DNA of 64,000 bases, taken from positions 152,398,001 to 152,462,000 of the forward strand of contig CM059432.1 of the NCBI GenBank assembly GCA_030390025.1, in the 5' to 3' direction. The DNA is from Squalus acanthias. Its lineage: Eukaryota. The position numbers and the translations under genes are program-made. Every line of letters starts with the position of its first letter. Position 1 is the first letter of the stretch. The notes below the pieces were generated by a model. The model ran no database searches. It saw nothing but the letters and a program-made list of their open reading frames with translations, and was not told where the DNA came from. Positions 1-13,474 of this stretch are shown here, piece after piece.

Positions 1-490
1 TCTCAGCCTGAAAATGCGATCATGCAATGGAGTGCAGCAGTTTCACTGCACAGTTACATGCCTTACCTTGGCAAAATTCCCAGAGTTACCTGTGCCAGTA
101 TCAGCGCAGCTGGGGTACCTGCTTTGAAAGGGACTGGGGGTGGGGTGGGTGTGTGGTGGAAATGGCAACGTTGGACAGCCAGTAGGTTTCAAAAATAGTA
201 AAAACAAAGAGTCCTTCCCAGGAAAGCCAGTTTCCTTACAGCAACAGATCAATTTGCAATTGGCTGCTGTAAGGAGACCAGCCTCAATACGTAATGGGCT
301 CGACTTTCACCTTCCAGAAAGTACGGTATGCCTGTTTCATGTTAGCATACAGTACACCGGGGGGGCACCAGATGTGGGACTGGTAGGATTTCCGATACCA
401 TTCCATCAGTCCTGCCTTCATCTGTGACAATGGGGGCAGATGCAGGAACCACCCACTCCCACTATGACACCCCAGCTCTTCTCTAAAGAG

Positions 491-710
491 AGAAGTCGCA
501 CAACACCAGGTTATAGTCCAACAGCTTTATTTGAAATCACAAGCTTTCGGAGCGCTGCTCCTTCGTCAGGTGAAGTCTTCTGACTTCACCTGACGAAGGA
601 GCAGCGCTCCGGAAGCTTGTGATTTCAAATAAAGCTGTTGGACTATAACCTGGTGTTGTGCGACTTCTCACATTTGTCCACCCCAGTCCAACATCTCCGC
701 ATCATGGCTA
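491..710 (+). mobile_element. Minimal Penelope-like element insertion (inverted pLTR pair + 3' tail) with hammerhead motif
   Basis: ~90-bp near-perfect inverted repeat (488-577/582-670), then a unique tail ttgtccaccccagtccaac. 13-bp TSD cttctctaaagag at 478-490 and 711-723. Same sequence as the pLTR of the PLE at 14619-17239. Confidence 0.88.
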
Positions 711-1400
711 CTTCTCTAAAGAGGCAGAGACCCAATGTAAATGGGTCCCAAAATACACATCACCCACTGGTTTTGACTTCAGACTTGCATGTTTTATGGG
801 GTGGAGGGAGAAGAGGAGAAAGTACCACCAGCCAAGATACCTACTCCTGATGCTACCCAATGACTCCTGCAAGAGCGTGTACATTTCTGGACTCTGGTCG
901 AGAACATCATTAGGCTTGGATGATATGCCTAGTTAAATATTCTGCCAATGCTCACTGTCAGGATTTAAACATGAAGAACTCGACCTAGATACTGAAATAA
1001 TGCTACCTTAAAATGGAAACATAACAGAGGCATTTGTTGCTGCATTCAGGAGAGGAGAAAAAAAACTGAAGAATATCAGGAAAATATCAGCATTTCACAA
1101 GCAAAGAAAAATTCAAAATGTAACTTCACAAGAACCATAATTTAACACCATTTTATGAGCTTCCACTTAACCAGAGTGAAGAGATAAATGCCATTTTATA
1201 TTCAAGACCCAAAACACTTTCCAATGGCAAATACTTGCAGCTTGTGTTTTAAACATTACATTATTAATAAATAAACCCACACAAAAATAAACCTCTGTGC
1301 AATATACAGTGCAGAATCAGGCACAGATGCATTTTTTTGTTTATGCATCTAATGATGTATATAAATAGAAGGAAATTTCTTAAAAAGAATGCGCTCTTAC

Positions 1401-1462
1401 CTCAACAGAAGTTCTTTGGGTAGCTTTTTATTTATGAGTGACTCATCATTGCTTGAGAAAAC
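1401..1462 (-). CDS. FBXL2: F-box/LRR-repeat protein 2, second coding exon (VFSSNDESLINKKLPKELLLR, start of F-box)
   Basis: ttggcttag|GTTTTCTCAAGC...CTTCTGTTGAG|gtaaga, a 62-nt exon. The translation is near-identical to FBXL2 VFSNNDEGLINKKLPKELLLR. Leading Val favours FBXL2 over the paralog FBXL20 (MFSN). Later exons lie left of the window. Confidence 0.92.
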
Positions 1463-1975
1463 CTAAGCCAATCAAAATACACAATGATCAGAAAGCCAAT
1501 ATTTAACATTAAAAACTTTGAAATCAGCTTTAAACACACTTCAAATCCAGTTAGCCTAAGAGTTTACAATGCAATTTTTATTTTAAATACACCAGTGATA
1601 AACACTGAAGAAATGCTCTCATTTTATTTGTACGCATAGCAAATGGCAATTTCCATAAGTGTGCTCATGTAACCAATGAAACAATATTTACAACCCTGTG
1701 TGTAATGAATGGGATTGCCATTTTTACAGAGTTACTTAGTACCAGACCTTGCACTGGTTACCCAACAAGCACTTATTCTCCTTCAGGCTAAATTTATTTA
1801 CAAACAATAGGTTTACACAAAGGCAAAATAAACAAATGCCAATATTATGAATATTCACAAAAAACAAGATTGAAGCAGTTGACAAGAACTTAAAATACTT
1901 TTTAGAACCTAATTTAGACAATCCAATAAACTGCAAGAGTTCTTGGTAGTGAATGATGATTTCTGAGATGAGGCG

Positions 1976-2310
1976 AATCAGAATATTACAGCACAGGAGG
2001 CCATTCGGCCCATCGAGTCTGCACCAGCTCTTTCGAAGAGCAATCCAGTTAGTCCCACTCCCCCGCTCGTTCTCCATTTCCCTGCAATTTTTTTCTCCTT
2101 CAAGTATTTATCCAATTCCTTTTTGAAGGCTACTATTGAACCTGTATCCACCACCCTATCAGGCAGCGCATTCCAAATCCTAACCACTCGTTGCGTAAAA
2201 ATGTTTTTCCTCATGTCATCTCTGGTTCTTTTGCCAATCACCTTAAATCTGTGCCCTGTCGTTATCGACCCTTCAGCCATTGGAAATAGTTTCCTTTTAT
2301 TTACTCTATA
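1976..2310 (-). mobile_element. CR1 LINE 3' fragment
   Basis: ORF2 C-terminus (GHRFKVIGKR..FTQRVVRIWNALP) plus CR1 3' hairpin gggccgaatggcctcc. Confidence 0.85.
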
Positions 2311-2900
2311 GAGGCTGGGTATTCTGTGGCGAGTGACTCACCTCCAGACTCCCCAAAGCCTTTCCACCATCTACAAGGCACAAGTCAGGAGTGTGATGAA
2401 TACTCTCCACTTGCCTGGATGAGTGCAGCTCCAACAACACTCAAGAAGCTCGACACCATCCAGGACAAAGCAGCTCACTTGATTGGCACTCCCATCCACC
2501 ACTTTAAACATTCACTCCCTCCACCACCAGCGCACCGTGGATGCAGTGTGTACTATCTAAGATACACTGTAGCAACTCGCCAAGGCTTCTTCGGCAGCAC
2601 CTCCTAAACCCATGACCTTTTCCACCTAGAAGGGCAGCAGGCGTTTGGGAACACCACCACCTCCAAGTTCTCCTCCAAGTCTCACAACATTCTGACTTGG
2701 AAATATATCGCCATTCCTTCATTGTTGCTGGGTCAAAATCCTGGAACTCCCTACCCAACAGGACTGTGGGAGTACCTTCACCACACAGACTGCAGCGGTT
2801 CAAGGCGGCGGCTCACCACCAACTTCAAGGGCAATTAGGGATGGGTAATAAATGCTGGCCTTGCCAGCGACACCCACATCCCATGAAAGAATAAAATAAA
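2311..2900 (+). mobile_element. 3' fragment of a second CR1/L2-group LINE family
   Basis: Decayed ORF2 end (EYSPLAWMSAAPTTLKKLDTIQDKAA) and an A-rich tail. Same family as 37570-39254 and 53567-53780. Confidence 0.8.
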
Positions 2901-3524
2901 GTCTCTTCTGTACCCTCTCCAAAGCCTTCACATCCTTCCTAAATATTGCCACCTTATGCACTGAGCCCAGATATTACCTTTAGACAAAAATGAAACCGGA
3001 CATAAAATATAGTAAATAGCTTACAATATATATTCCCCATCAATAAGCCCCTTTCTAGAGACAGTCAATCAGTCCAGATCAGACACAATGCTGGTGGATG
3101 CTCATATCCCATGGTAATAAGGAACTGAGACCTATCATCTGCTTTACTCAGGTATTGTTAGAGCTTTAAAACAATGTACAACTGGACTACTGTAATGTAA
3201 TTTCAATGGCTCAGCCATTTCAGATAATGTGTTTGCCTGCAAGCTCACATTATTTTTGTACCCCGCAGATATACCACTGGCTTATGTCTATTTTAAATTC
3301 ACAACATATTGGTCTAAAATTTCATGAGAAAGAATAATAGACACTTCATGATATGAAACATGACAGTGCTCTACTTCTGTCACAGGTCCTGAGTCTATAA
3401 ACTTGTAAAGAAAATAGAGCTTTCAAAAATGTTCTATGAAATATTCTACGTCAGAATGGTCACATTTCACTTCATGATATAACTATATATTTGCAGAACT
3501 AAAAAGTAGCTTAACCTAAAAGGA

Positions 3525-3690
3525 AACAAAGCAACATACTGCAGATGCTAGAAATCTGAAATAAAAATAGAAACTGTTGGAAACACTCAGCAGGTCAGAC
3601 AGAATCTGAGGAGAGAGGCAGGTCATCAACCTGAAACGTTTACAGATACTACCTCACCCAATGAGTGTTTCCAGGATTTTCTGTTTTTAA
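3525..3690 (-). mobile_element. Degenerate 3' terminal repeat of second PLE family
   Basis: Matches the motif atactgcggatgctggaaatctgaaataaaaacag seen at 28770 and 43019. Confidence 0.65.
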
Positions 3691-4824
3691 AAGTGCAAGA
3701 TACCAATTAAGAAAAACTGGGGACGCAAACAAAATACAAAGATTGACCTATTATTTGTATTCCTAAGAGTTTGTAATTTAGTTTGATTGGAAAGGAACGC
3801 CTCTGGATACTAAAAGGAAAAAGGTCAGTGGAGTGAAAAGGCTGTCACTATTTTACTGCTGAAGGCACAGATTACATGATTTGAACAAAATCCTGATATC
3901 TCACTTAGGCATCATATTCATTGGTATAATTAATCAAATATGAGGTGACAAATCAAATTCCAAAAGAAGCCAATACAACATTTAGTACAATCTGGATTAA
4001 AAACACTGATATAGTGGAGTATCACCACAGTTATTCATGATGTATTTTGGAACCACTGTCTATAGTCATTAGCCAGACACACGGTCTCCCTATTAGGGAC
4101 CACAAGCCCATAAACTAGCACCATACCATTTATACCACAAGGTCCCAAGTGCAATTCTCAGGATGGACTGAATTAGTTGATCTCAGCCAGGGTAGCAGCT
4201 GGGGGCAATAAAATTGGCCTTGATGCCCTAAACTAAGACACGGCAAAATAAGCAAAGCAAGTGCCACTTGTTGCAAGACAATGATTGCTCTCGAAAGTGC
4301 ATGTGTGTATGTATGTCAGGTGAAGATCTAATCCAGCTCAAGAGTTATACCCTCCAGTAATATAGCCTGCCAAAAATCCGCAGTTGGTCTTGTATACAAA
4401 GAACAGCCACGTGGGAGAGGTGCCAGAACACTAATGGTAATCATGGCACAGTTCTCACCAAAAGCAACGTGCTTTTGGGAGAAGAGGGCAAAAAACTGGC
4501 AAAAAAGTACATGCACACTTTAATGCAGGCTCTCCTCCTTCCTTACACATCCTCCTAAAATACAATGTCCTGAGCGTATCAGAAAATTCTGAAAGTAAAT
4601 TAGGATAAATCAGACTCGAATACATTTTGATTTGGGTCAGCAATGGACATTACTCCTTCACAAAAGAGAGTCAGCGGAATTAATTTATCCTAAGATAATA
4701 TTCCTACAAGAAAGATTATGGAGTTTAACCGCAGGTGATTAATCACCATAATCCAACTCAAGGCTTGCAGAGGTGGATGGGGATCCTTTACCACCACCTG
4801 GTCGGACAAATTCAGTCAAAAGGA

Positions 4825-5166
4825 TCATTAGTCTCTTCATGGCCTCACCTCTCCTGATCTCCAACTTCTTCAAGCCCTCCCTTGCTGAACTCTGGCCTTT
4901 TGGGTGTCGTCCCCCTCCTTCGCCCCACAACTGGCAGCCATGCTTTCAGCCGGCAAGGCCTCATGACCTGGAATTCTCTCCCTAAACCCTTCCACCGCCT
5001 TCTCTTGTAATACATTCTTTAAAACTCACCTTTATGACCAAGCTTTTGTTCACCCTTCTGAATAACACCTTCTTTGGGGCACCATCTTTTTTTTGACTAA
5101 GGCTCTGTGAAGCTCCTTTGACTACATTAAAAGGTATTATATAAATACAAGTTGATGTCGTTGTCA
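4825..5166 (+). mobile_element. Old L2 LINE 3' fragment
   Basis: Diverged copy of the L2 end at 50626-51193, ending tataaatacaagttg. Confidence 0.7.
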
Positions 5167-6329
5167 TTTACCTTTTAAAAAACACTCCATATGTTTGCGC
5201 TTTAGTAGTACTAACCCCAATCTATAGAGTGTCACTTTCAAATTAAGGCCAACCGTGCAATGAATTGAATAAAACCAGAGTCTTGTGTCGGAGCATGAAA
5301 GAGTCCCAAGATGTGTACTCCACTGACAGGATTGTCCTGTATTATATTAAATTAAGGCACATGCCACTAAAGTGGTTGGAGTGCGTATCTTCAGGAGGGC
5401 TCTGTAAATAAAACCTGAAGCCAATGGTGCTTTTTAAAGAACATCTTTCTAGGTGCAATTACTGTACTAAGAATAAGTATTTAGTCTCAAAATGCAGTCT
5501 CATGCACTTTATTTAATAAAAATCTTATTTATAGGGTACTCTATGAAGCCCTACACGAAGCCCTACACATGGATTTCCCAGTAAAATTATTCCAACATTG
5601 GCATCAAACTAATAATTAATCTTTTGAACCCCCTTTTATTCTTTACCAAGTGTTTGCTTCTTTCAGCAAAATTTCAGCTAAAACTTTATAAAGGCCTGCT
5701 ATTAAATTCGCAAAGTCTGAGCACTGATAAAAATGATGAGGAGTATCTACATACAAAGGTGGCTCATTGGTGACTATCACTGGAGAAAATAGAAACCAGA
5801 ACTCTGTTTTACCGAGTAAATGAAGATACAGGGTTCCATCAGCCAAAGTGCTAATTATGTTTTTTGCCTCCAGTCTTTACCAAGGAAGAGACAGGTAACT
5901 CATTTGATCTGGAAAGGGAATTATAGGGTATAGCAGAGGTAAGCTGCAACACTGTTCACATTACTACCAGCAAGGTGGTCAAATAGCTGTGAAACTTTAA
6001 GGTAAATAAATCTTGGGATAGACAAGATGCATTTGAGGATTCTTAAGGAAATTGCAGGAAATTTAGCAAAAATCTTCCAGAAATCACTGAATACTGAAGA
6101 GGCACCTGGGGACTGCAGAAAGACAGACATTACTCCTATTTTTAAAAAAGGTATCAAAAGTGACTCAGGAAACCACAGACGAGTGAGTTTGAGTTTGGCG
6201 TTCATGGTGGGTAAAGTTATCGAGACCCTTATTTAAAGGCAAGACCATGGAGTATTTGGATCGAAATAAAGTCATAAAAAGATAAAAAGTCATAAAAAGA
6301 TAGTCAATATGGCTTCATTAAGGGGAGGA

Positions 6330-9300
6330 AAGGGAAACAAGGATAAAAGCAAAAGATAGGAAGGAGAAAAACAAAAGTGTCAGTCAGAGAAAACAATGGT
6401 TTAAATCAAACATGGCCACAGTAAATACTAATTTTAATAGGTCTAAGAGCTTTAAAAAAACAAGCCTGAAGGCTTTGTGTCTTAATGCAAGGAGCATTCG
6501 GAACAAGGTGGATGAATTAGCTGCGCAAATAGAGGTAAACGAATAGGATTTGATTGGGATTACCGAAACATGGCTGCCTCCAGGGTGGCCAAGGCTGGGA
6601 ACTCAACATCCAGGGGTACTCAATATTCAGGAAAGATAGGCAAAAAGGAAAGGGAGGTGGGGTAGCATTGCTGGTTAAAGAGGGGATTAACACAATTGAA
6701 AGGAAGGATATTAGCTCTGATGATGTGGAATCTGTACGGGTTGAACTGAGAAATAACAAGGGGCAGAAAACATTAGTGGGAGTGATATATAGACCTCCAA
6801 ACAGTAATACGGAGGTTGGGGATGGCATTAAAAGGGAGATTAGAGAAGCGTGCAATAAGGGCACAGCAGTCATCATGGGTGACTTTAATCTACATATAGA
6901 TTGGGCTAACCAAATTAGTAACAATACTATGGAGGAATTATTCCTGGAGTGTTTACGGGATGGTTTCCTGGACCAATATGTCAAGGAACCAACCAGAGAT
7001 CAGGCCATCTTAGACTGGGTATTATGCAATGAGAAAGGATTAATTAGCAATCTTGTTGTGCGAGGTCCCTTGGGTCGGAGCGATCATAATATGATCGAAT
7101 TCTTCATTAGATGGAGAGTGAAGTAGTTGACTCAGAGACTAGGGTCCTGAATTTAAATAAAGGAAACTACGATGGTATGAGGTGAGAGTTGGGTAGGATT
7201 GATTGGGGAATGTCACTCAAAGGGTTGATGGTGGATAGGCAATGGCAAACATTCAAAGACCGCATGGACGAACTACAGAATTTGTTCATCCCAGTTTGGC
7301 ATAAGAATAAAACAAAAAGGGTGACTCAACCGTGGCTAACAAGGGAAATTAAGGATAGCATAAGATCCAAGGAGAGGGCATATAAATTGGCCAGAAAAAG
7401 CAGTAACCCTGAGGATTGGGAGCAGTTTAAGATTCAACAAAGCAGGACAAAGGGATTAATTAAGAAGGGGAAAATAGAATACGAGAGTAATCTTTCAGGG
7501 AACATAAAAACTGACTGTAAAAGCTTTTATAGATATGTGAAGAGAAAAAGATTAGTGAAATCAAGCATAGGTCCCTTGCAGTCAGAATCAGGGGAACTTA
7601 TAATGGGGAACAAAGAAATATCAGACCAATTAAATACATATTTTGGTTCCGTCTTCACAAAGGAGAACACAAATAACCTCCCAGAGATGTTGGGGAACAT
7701 AGGGTCTGATGAAAGGGAGGAACTGAAAGAAATCAGTATTTGTAGGGAAATTGAAGGGATTGAAGGCCAATAAATCCCCAGGGCCTGATAATCTACATCC
7801 TAGGGTACTTAAGGAAGTGGCCCTAGAAATAGTAGATGCATTGCTGATCACCTTCCAACATTCGATGGAATCTGGAACAGTACCCATGGATTGGAGGGTA
7901 ACTAATGTTACCCCACTATTCAAAAAGGGTGGTAGAGAGAAAACGGGGAATTACAGACCGGTAAGCCTGACATCGGTAGTGGGGAAAATGCTAGAGTCCA
8001 TTATAAAAGATGTAATAGCTGAGCACTTGGAAAACAGTGACAGGATCAGACAAAGTCAACATGGATTTACAAAAGGTAAATCATGCTTGACTAATCTACT
8101 GGAATTTTTTGAGTATGTAACTGGTAAAATAGATAAGGGAGAACCAGTGGATGTGGTGTATTTGGACTTCCAAAAGGCTTTTGATAAGGTCCTACAGAAG
8201 AGATTAGCGTGTAAAGTTAAGGCACATGGGATTGGGGGCAAGGTATTGACTTGGATAGAGAACTGGCTGGCAGACAGAAAGCAAAGAGTTGGAATAAACG
8301 GGTCTTTTTCCGAGTGGCAGGCAGTGACTAGTGGGGTACCGCAGGGATCAGTCCTTGGACCCCAGCTATTCACAATATACAGGAAACTCTATTAACCGGC
8401 ATCCAAATATCCGGAAATCTCTCTTAACCGGCAAAATTCTTGAGTAGGTAACCGGGGTTTTCCTTCATCTCTCCTTTAAAAATAACTTTTAAAAAAACCC
8501 CGAGGCGTTTGCCTTGTATCGGAGCGTGTAGATTGGGAGGGGAAATGTGCAGCCCGGGTAGGCAGCGGACACGACAGATGGTCAGCTGGCGGTCCCCGGG
8601 GAGACGGAGCTCCGAATGCAGGCGCATGTCAATGTGTACGGGGCTCTCGTACGTTGGGAGATATAACTCTCCGTTATCCGGACTTTTTGATTAACCGGCA
8701 CCACGCCGGTCCCGTCAGTGCCGGTTAATAAAGAGTTTCCTGTATATTAATGATCTAGACAAGGGAACTAGATGTAATATCTCCAAGTTTGCAGACGACA
8801 CAAAGCTGGGTGGGCGTGTGTGCTGCGAGGAGGATGCAGAGAAACTCCAGGATGATTTGGACAAGCTGGGTGAGTGGGCAGAAGTGTAGCAGATGCAATA
8901 TAACGTGGATAAATGCGAGGTTATCCACTTTGGTGTCAAAAACAGAAAGGCAGATTATCTGAATGGCAATAGATTGGGAGAAGGAGAAGTGCAACGAGAC
9001 CTGGGTGTCCTTTTGCCCCAGTCGCTGAAGGTAAGCATGCAGGTGCAGCAGGCGGTTAAGGCGGCAAATGGTATGTTGGCCTTCATAGCGAGAGGGTTTG
9101 AGTACAGGAACAAGGATGTCTTGCTGCAGTTGTACAGGGCCTTGGTGAGACCACACCTTGAGTACTGTGTGCAGTTTTGGTCACCTTATCTGAGGAAGGA
9201 TGTTCTTGCCTTGGAAGGAGTTCAGCGAAGATTCACAAGGCCGATACCTGGGATGGCAGGAATGACGTATGAAGAGAGATTGGGTCGATCGGGCTTATAC

Positions 9301-9716
9301 TCGCTGGAGTTTAGAAGAATGAGAGGGGATCTCATTGAAACTTATAAAATTCTGAAAGGACAGGACAAACTAGATGCAGGAAGGATGTTCCCGATGGTTG
9401 GGGTGTCCAGAACCAGTGGTCACAGTCTAAGGATAAGGGGTAAGCCATTTAGGACAGAAATGCGGAGGAATTTCTTCACTCAGAGAGTGGTGAACCTGTG
9501 GAATTCTCTGCCACAGAAGGCAGTAGAGGCCAATTCATTAAATAGATTCAAGAAGGAGTTGGATATATTTCTTAAGGCTAAAGGGATCAAGGGATATGGG
9601 GAGAAAGCAGGGACAGGGTACTGAATTTGGATGATCAGCCATGATCGCATTGAATGGCGGAGCAGGCTAGAGGGGCCGAATGGCCTACTCCTGCTCCTAT
9701 CTTCTATGATTCTATG
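6330..9716 (+). mobile_element. CR1 LINE, complete but frameshifted ORF2 (APE endonuclease + RT) and 3' tail
   Basis: ORFs 6554-7126 (GDFN, SDHN), 7189-7773, 7751-8395 (YLDFQKAFDKV, GVPQGSVLGP) and 8893-9624. Tail (ttctatga)n. Interrupted by a MITE at 8380. Confidence 0.95.
8380..8742. mobile_element. Tc1/mariner superfamily (pogo/Tigger-like) MITE
   Basis: TIRs CAGGAAACTCT-ATTAACCGGCA / TGCCGGTTAATAAAGAGTTTCCTG, TA TSD, subterminal TTAACCGG/TATCCGG repeats. Splits the CR1 RT at FTIY|IND. Confidence 0.9.
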
Positions 9717-11689
9717 AATCTAACTTACTGGTTTTCTTTTAGGGTGTGATAAAGATTGATAGGGGTAAGGATGTGGATGTGGTGTACTTGGATTTCAGAA
9801 AGGCCTTTGTTACAGTTTCTCTGGAAGGGCTGGTACTGAAAATAGATAGCGGGAATCAGTAGAAATCATTTACAATGGATACATAATTGGTTGACTAACA
9901 GAAACGAGAGGGTAGCGGTACAGGGACTGTCATCAGTCTTGGGGGGGGGAAGGAGAGATGTTACCAGTGGGGTCCCTTGGGGGTCTGTTTTGGGCATGCT
10001 TTTGTTAATATCTTTATAAAATGATCTACAGCTGGACTCACAAGCCTATGACTAAATTTGCAGTTGATACAAAGCTAGTTAATGTGGTAGACTGCAAAGC
10101 TGAACAGGATAAGCTATAGAAGATTTTGAACATACTTGGGAATTGGGCAGACAGGTGGCAGATGAAATTCTATGTGGAGAAGTGCCTCACATGGGGTATT
10201 ACTTCAACGGAAAGAAAATAATGTGCATGGAAAATTAAACAACTCTGGGGGTCCTAACTGACAATGAAAGTGAAACTATCGCAACAATGCCGAGTGGCAA
10301 TAAAGCAAATCAGATGTTGAAATATATTAAAAGGTCAATATTGAGCGAAAATAGTGAGGTAATCTTGCCACTTCATAAATCATTGGTGTGACTGCATTTA
10401 GAATACTGAGTACAGTTTTGGTTGCCTCAGGACATAAGGATACTGCAGCTATTAAAAGGATACAGAAGGGGTTGGAGGGATTAATTATTAGGAATTATGT
10501 AAATTGGAAAAAAGAGACAGTTGAGAGGTGAAATGATTGTTGTTCTTAGGATTTTAAAAAGAGGCTAGATAATCAGTCATAGTCAGAGTCATAACGGCAC
10601 AGAAGGAGGCCATTTGGCCGATCAACTCCGTGCCGGCTCTCTGTAGAGCAATCCAGTCAGTCCCATTCCCCCGCTCTATCCCCATAGCCCTGCAAGTTTA
10701 TTTCCCTCAAGTGCCTATCCAGTCTCCCCTTGAAAACATTGTGTCTCCCCGCTTCCACCACTTCCGTCAGCAGCGAGTTCCAGGTCATCACCACTTGCTG
10801 CGTAAAAAAGTTTTTCCTCACATCCCCCCTGTATCTCTTGCCCAATACCTTAAATCTGTGTCCCCTAGTCCTTGTACCATCAACTAGTGGGAACAGCCTT
10901 TCCCCGTCTAACCTATCCAAACCCGTCATAATCTTGTACACCTCTATCAAATCACCCCTCAACCTCCTTTGCTTTAATGAAAACAAATCCAGCTTCTCCA
11001 ACCTGTCCTTGTAGCCAAGATCCCCCATCCCCGGAACCATTCTGGTAAATCTCCTCTGCACCCTCTCAAGGACCGTCACATCCTTCCTAAAGTGTGGTGA
11101 CCAGAACTGGACGCAATACTCCAGTTGTGGCCTAACCAGCGCTTTATAAAGGTTCAGCATAACTTCTCTACTTTTGTACTCAATACCTCTATTTATCAGA
11201 TCCCATATGCTTTGTTAACCACTCTCTCAATATGTCCTGCCACCTTCAGGGACCTATGCACATTAACTCCCAGGTCCCTGTGTCCCTGCACACTCTTTAA
11301 AACTGTGCCATTAAGTGTATATTGCCTCTCCCTGTTCCTTCTGCCAAAATGCATCACCTCACACTTCTCTATTAAATTCCATCTGCCACTTGTCTGCCCA
11401 TTCTGCTAGCCTTTCTATGTCCTGTTGCAGTCGATTGGTATCATCATTGTTTGTCACACCCCCAGGTTTGGTGTCATCGGCAAATTTAGAAATTCTACTC
11501 TGTATTCCAATATCCAGGTCATTTATATATATATCTCAAAAAAAGCAGTGGCCCCAGCACTGACCCTTGGGGAACACTACTGTCTACCATCCTCCAGTCT
11601 GAAAAACAGCCATTTACAACAACTCGCTGTTTTCTGTCCTTAAGTCAATTCCTTCTCCAAGCTGTCACTGACCCACCTATTCCATGAGA

Positions 11690-12191
11690 TGGCGTACACT
11701 GCCCTCTGTGGCAATGAGTTCCACAGGTTCACCACTCTCTGAGTGAAGAAATTCCCCCTCATTTCTGTCCTAAATGGTTTAGCCCTTATCCTTAAATTAT
11801 GTCCTCTAGTTCTGTTCTCACCCGCCAAGGGAAACATTAGATGCAGAAGGAATGTTTCCCTTGGCGGGTGAGAACAGAACTAGAGGACATAATTTAAGGA
11901 TAAGGGCTAAACCATTTAGGACAGAAATGAGGGGGAATTTCTTCACTCAGAGAGTGGTGAACCTGTGGAACTCATTGCCACAGAGGGCAGTGTACGCCAG
12001 CTCATTAAATATATTTAAGAGGGAATTAGATATATTTCTACAGGCAAAAGGGGTTAAGGGTTACGGAGAGAAGGCGGGGACGGGATACTGAATTGAAGGA
12101 TCAGCCATGATCTCATTAAATGGCGGAGCAGGCTCGAAGGGCCGGATGGCCTACTCCTGCTCCTATCTTCTATGTATCTATGTATCTATGT
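11690..12191 (+). mobile_element. Young CR1 3' fragment with inverted duplication at its 5' end
   Basis: 11690-11838 is the reverse complement of 11851-11999. Tail (tatgtatc)n. atgag duplicated at 11684-11688 and 12192-12196. Confidence 0.9.
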
Positions 12192-12249
12192 ATGAGCCTC
12201 AATTTTGTTAACCAGCCTTCTATGTGGTACTTTGTCAAACACCTTCCTG

Positions 12250-13474
12250 TAACTGGTAGAATAGATAAGGGAGAACCAGTGGATGTGGTGTATTTGGATT
12301 TTCAGAAGGCCTTTGATAAAGTCCCACATAAGAGGTTAGTGTGCAAAATTAAAGCACATGGGATTGGGGGGTAATATACTGGCATGGATTGAAAATTGGT
12401 TAACAGACTGGAAACAGAGAGTAGGAATAAATGGGTCTTTTTCAGGGTGGCAGGCGGTGACTAGTGGGGTACTGCAGGGATCAGTGCTTGGGCCCCAGCT
12501 ATTCACAATATATATATCAATGATTTGGACGAGGGAACCAAATGTACTATTTCCAAGTTTGCTGACGACACAAAACTAGGTGGGATTGTGAGTTGTGAGG
12601 AGGATGCAAAGAGGCTTCAAGGTGATTTAGACAAGTTGAGTGGGAAAATACATGGCAGATGCAGTACAACGTGGATAAATGTGAAGTTATCCACTTCAGT
12701 AGGAAAAACAGCAAGGCAGAGTATTATTTAAATAGTAATAGATTGGGAAATGTTGATGTACAAAGGGACCTGGGTGTCCTTGCACACCAGTCACTGAAAG
12801 CAAACATGCAGGTGCAGCAAGCAGTTAGGAAGGCAAATGGTATGTTGGCCTTCATTGCAAGAAGATTTGAGTACAGGAGCAAGGATGTCTTACTACAGTT
12901 ATACTGGGCCTTGGTGAGACCACACCTGGAGTACTGTGTGAAGTTTTGGTCTCCTTACCCAAGAAAGGATATACTTGCCATAGAGGGAGTGCAGCAAAGG
13001 TTCACCAGACTGATTCTTGGGATGGAAGGACTGTCGTATGAGGAGAGATTGGGTCAACTAGGCCTGTATTCACTAGAGTTTAGAAGAATGAGAGGGGATC
13101 TCATTGAAACGTATAAAATTCTGACAGGGCTAGACAGACTGGATGCAGGGAGGATGTTTCCCCTGGCTGGGGGGTCTAGAACGAGGGATCAGTCTCAGGA
13201 TACGGGGTAGGACATTTAGGACTGAGATGAGGCGAAATTTCTTCACTCAGAGGGTGGTGAATCTGTGGAATTCTCTACCACAGAAGGCTGTGGAGGCCAA
13301 GTCACTGAATATATTTAAGAAGGAGATAGATAGATTTCTAGACACAAAAGGAATCAAGGGGTATGGGGAGAGAGCGGGAATATGGTATTGAGATAGAGGA
13401 TCAGCTATGATCATATTGAATGGCGGAGCAAGCTCAAAAGGTCCGAATGGCCGACTGCTGCTCCTATGTTTCTA
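12250..13474 (+). mobile_element. CR1 LINE 3' part (RT to tail)
   Basis: ORFs 12358-12579, 12525-12731 (KFADDTKL), 12659-13210 and 13143-13391. Confidence 0.92.

Noticed and set aside
67..118. Possible 52-nt minus-strand exon with AAG|gtaagg donor in the phase expected for FBXL2 exon 3
   Set aside because: It translates as YPSCADTGTGNSGNFAK, not the conserved IFSFLD..TLCRCAQ.SK, and the acceptor is weak.
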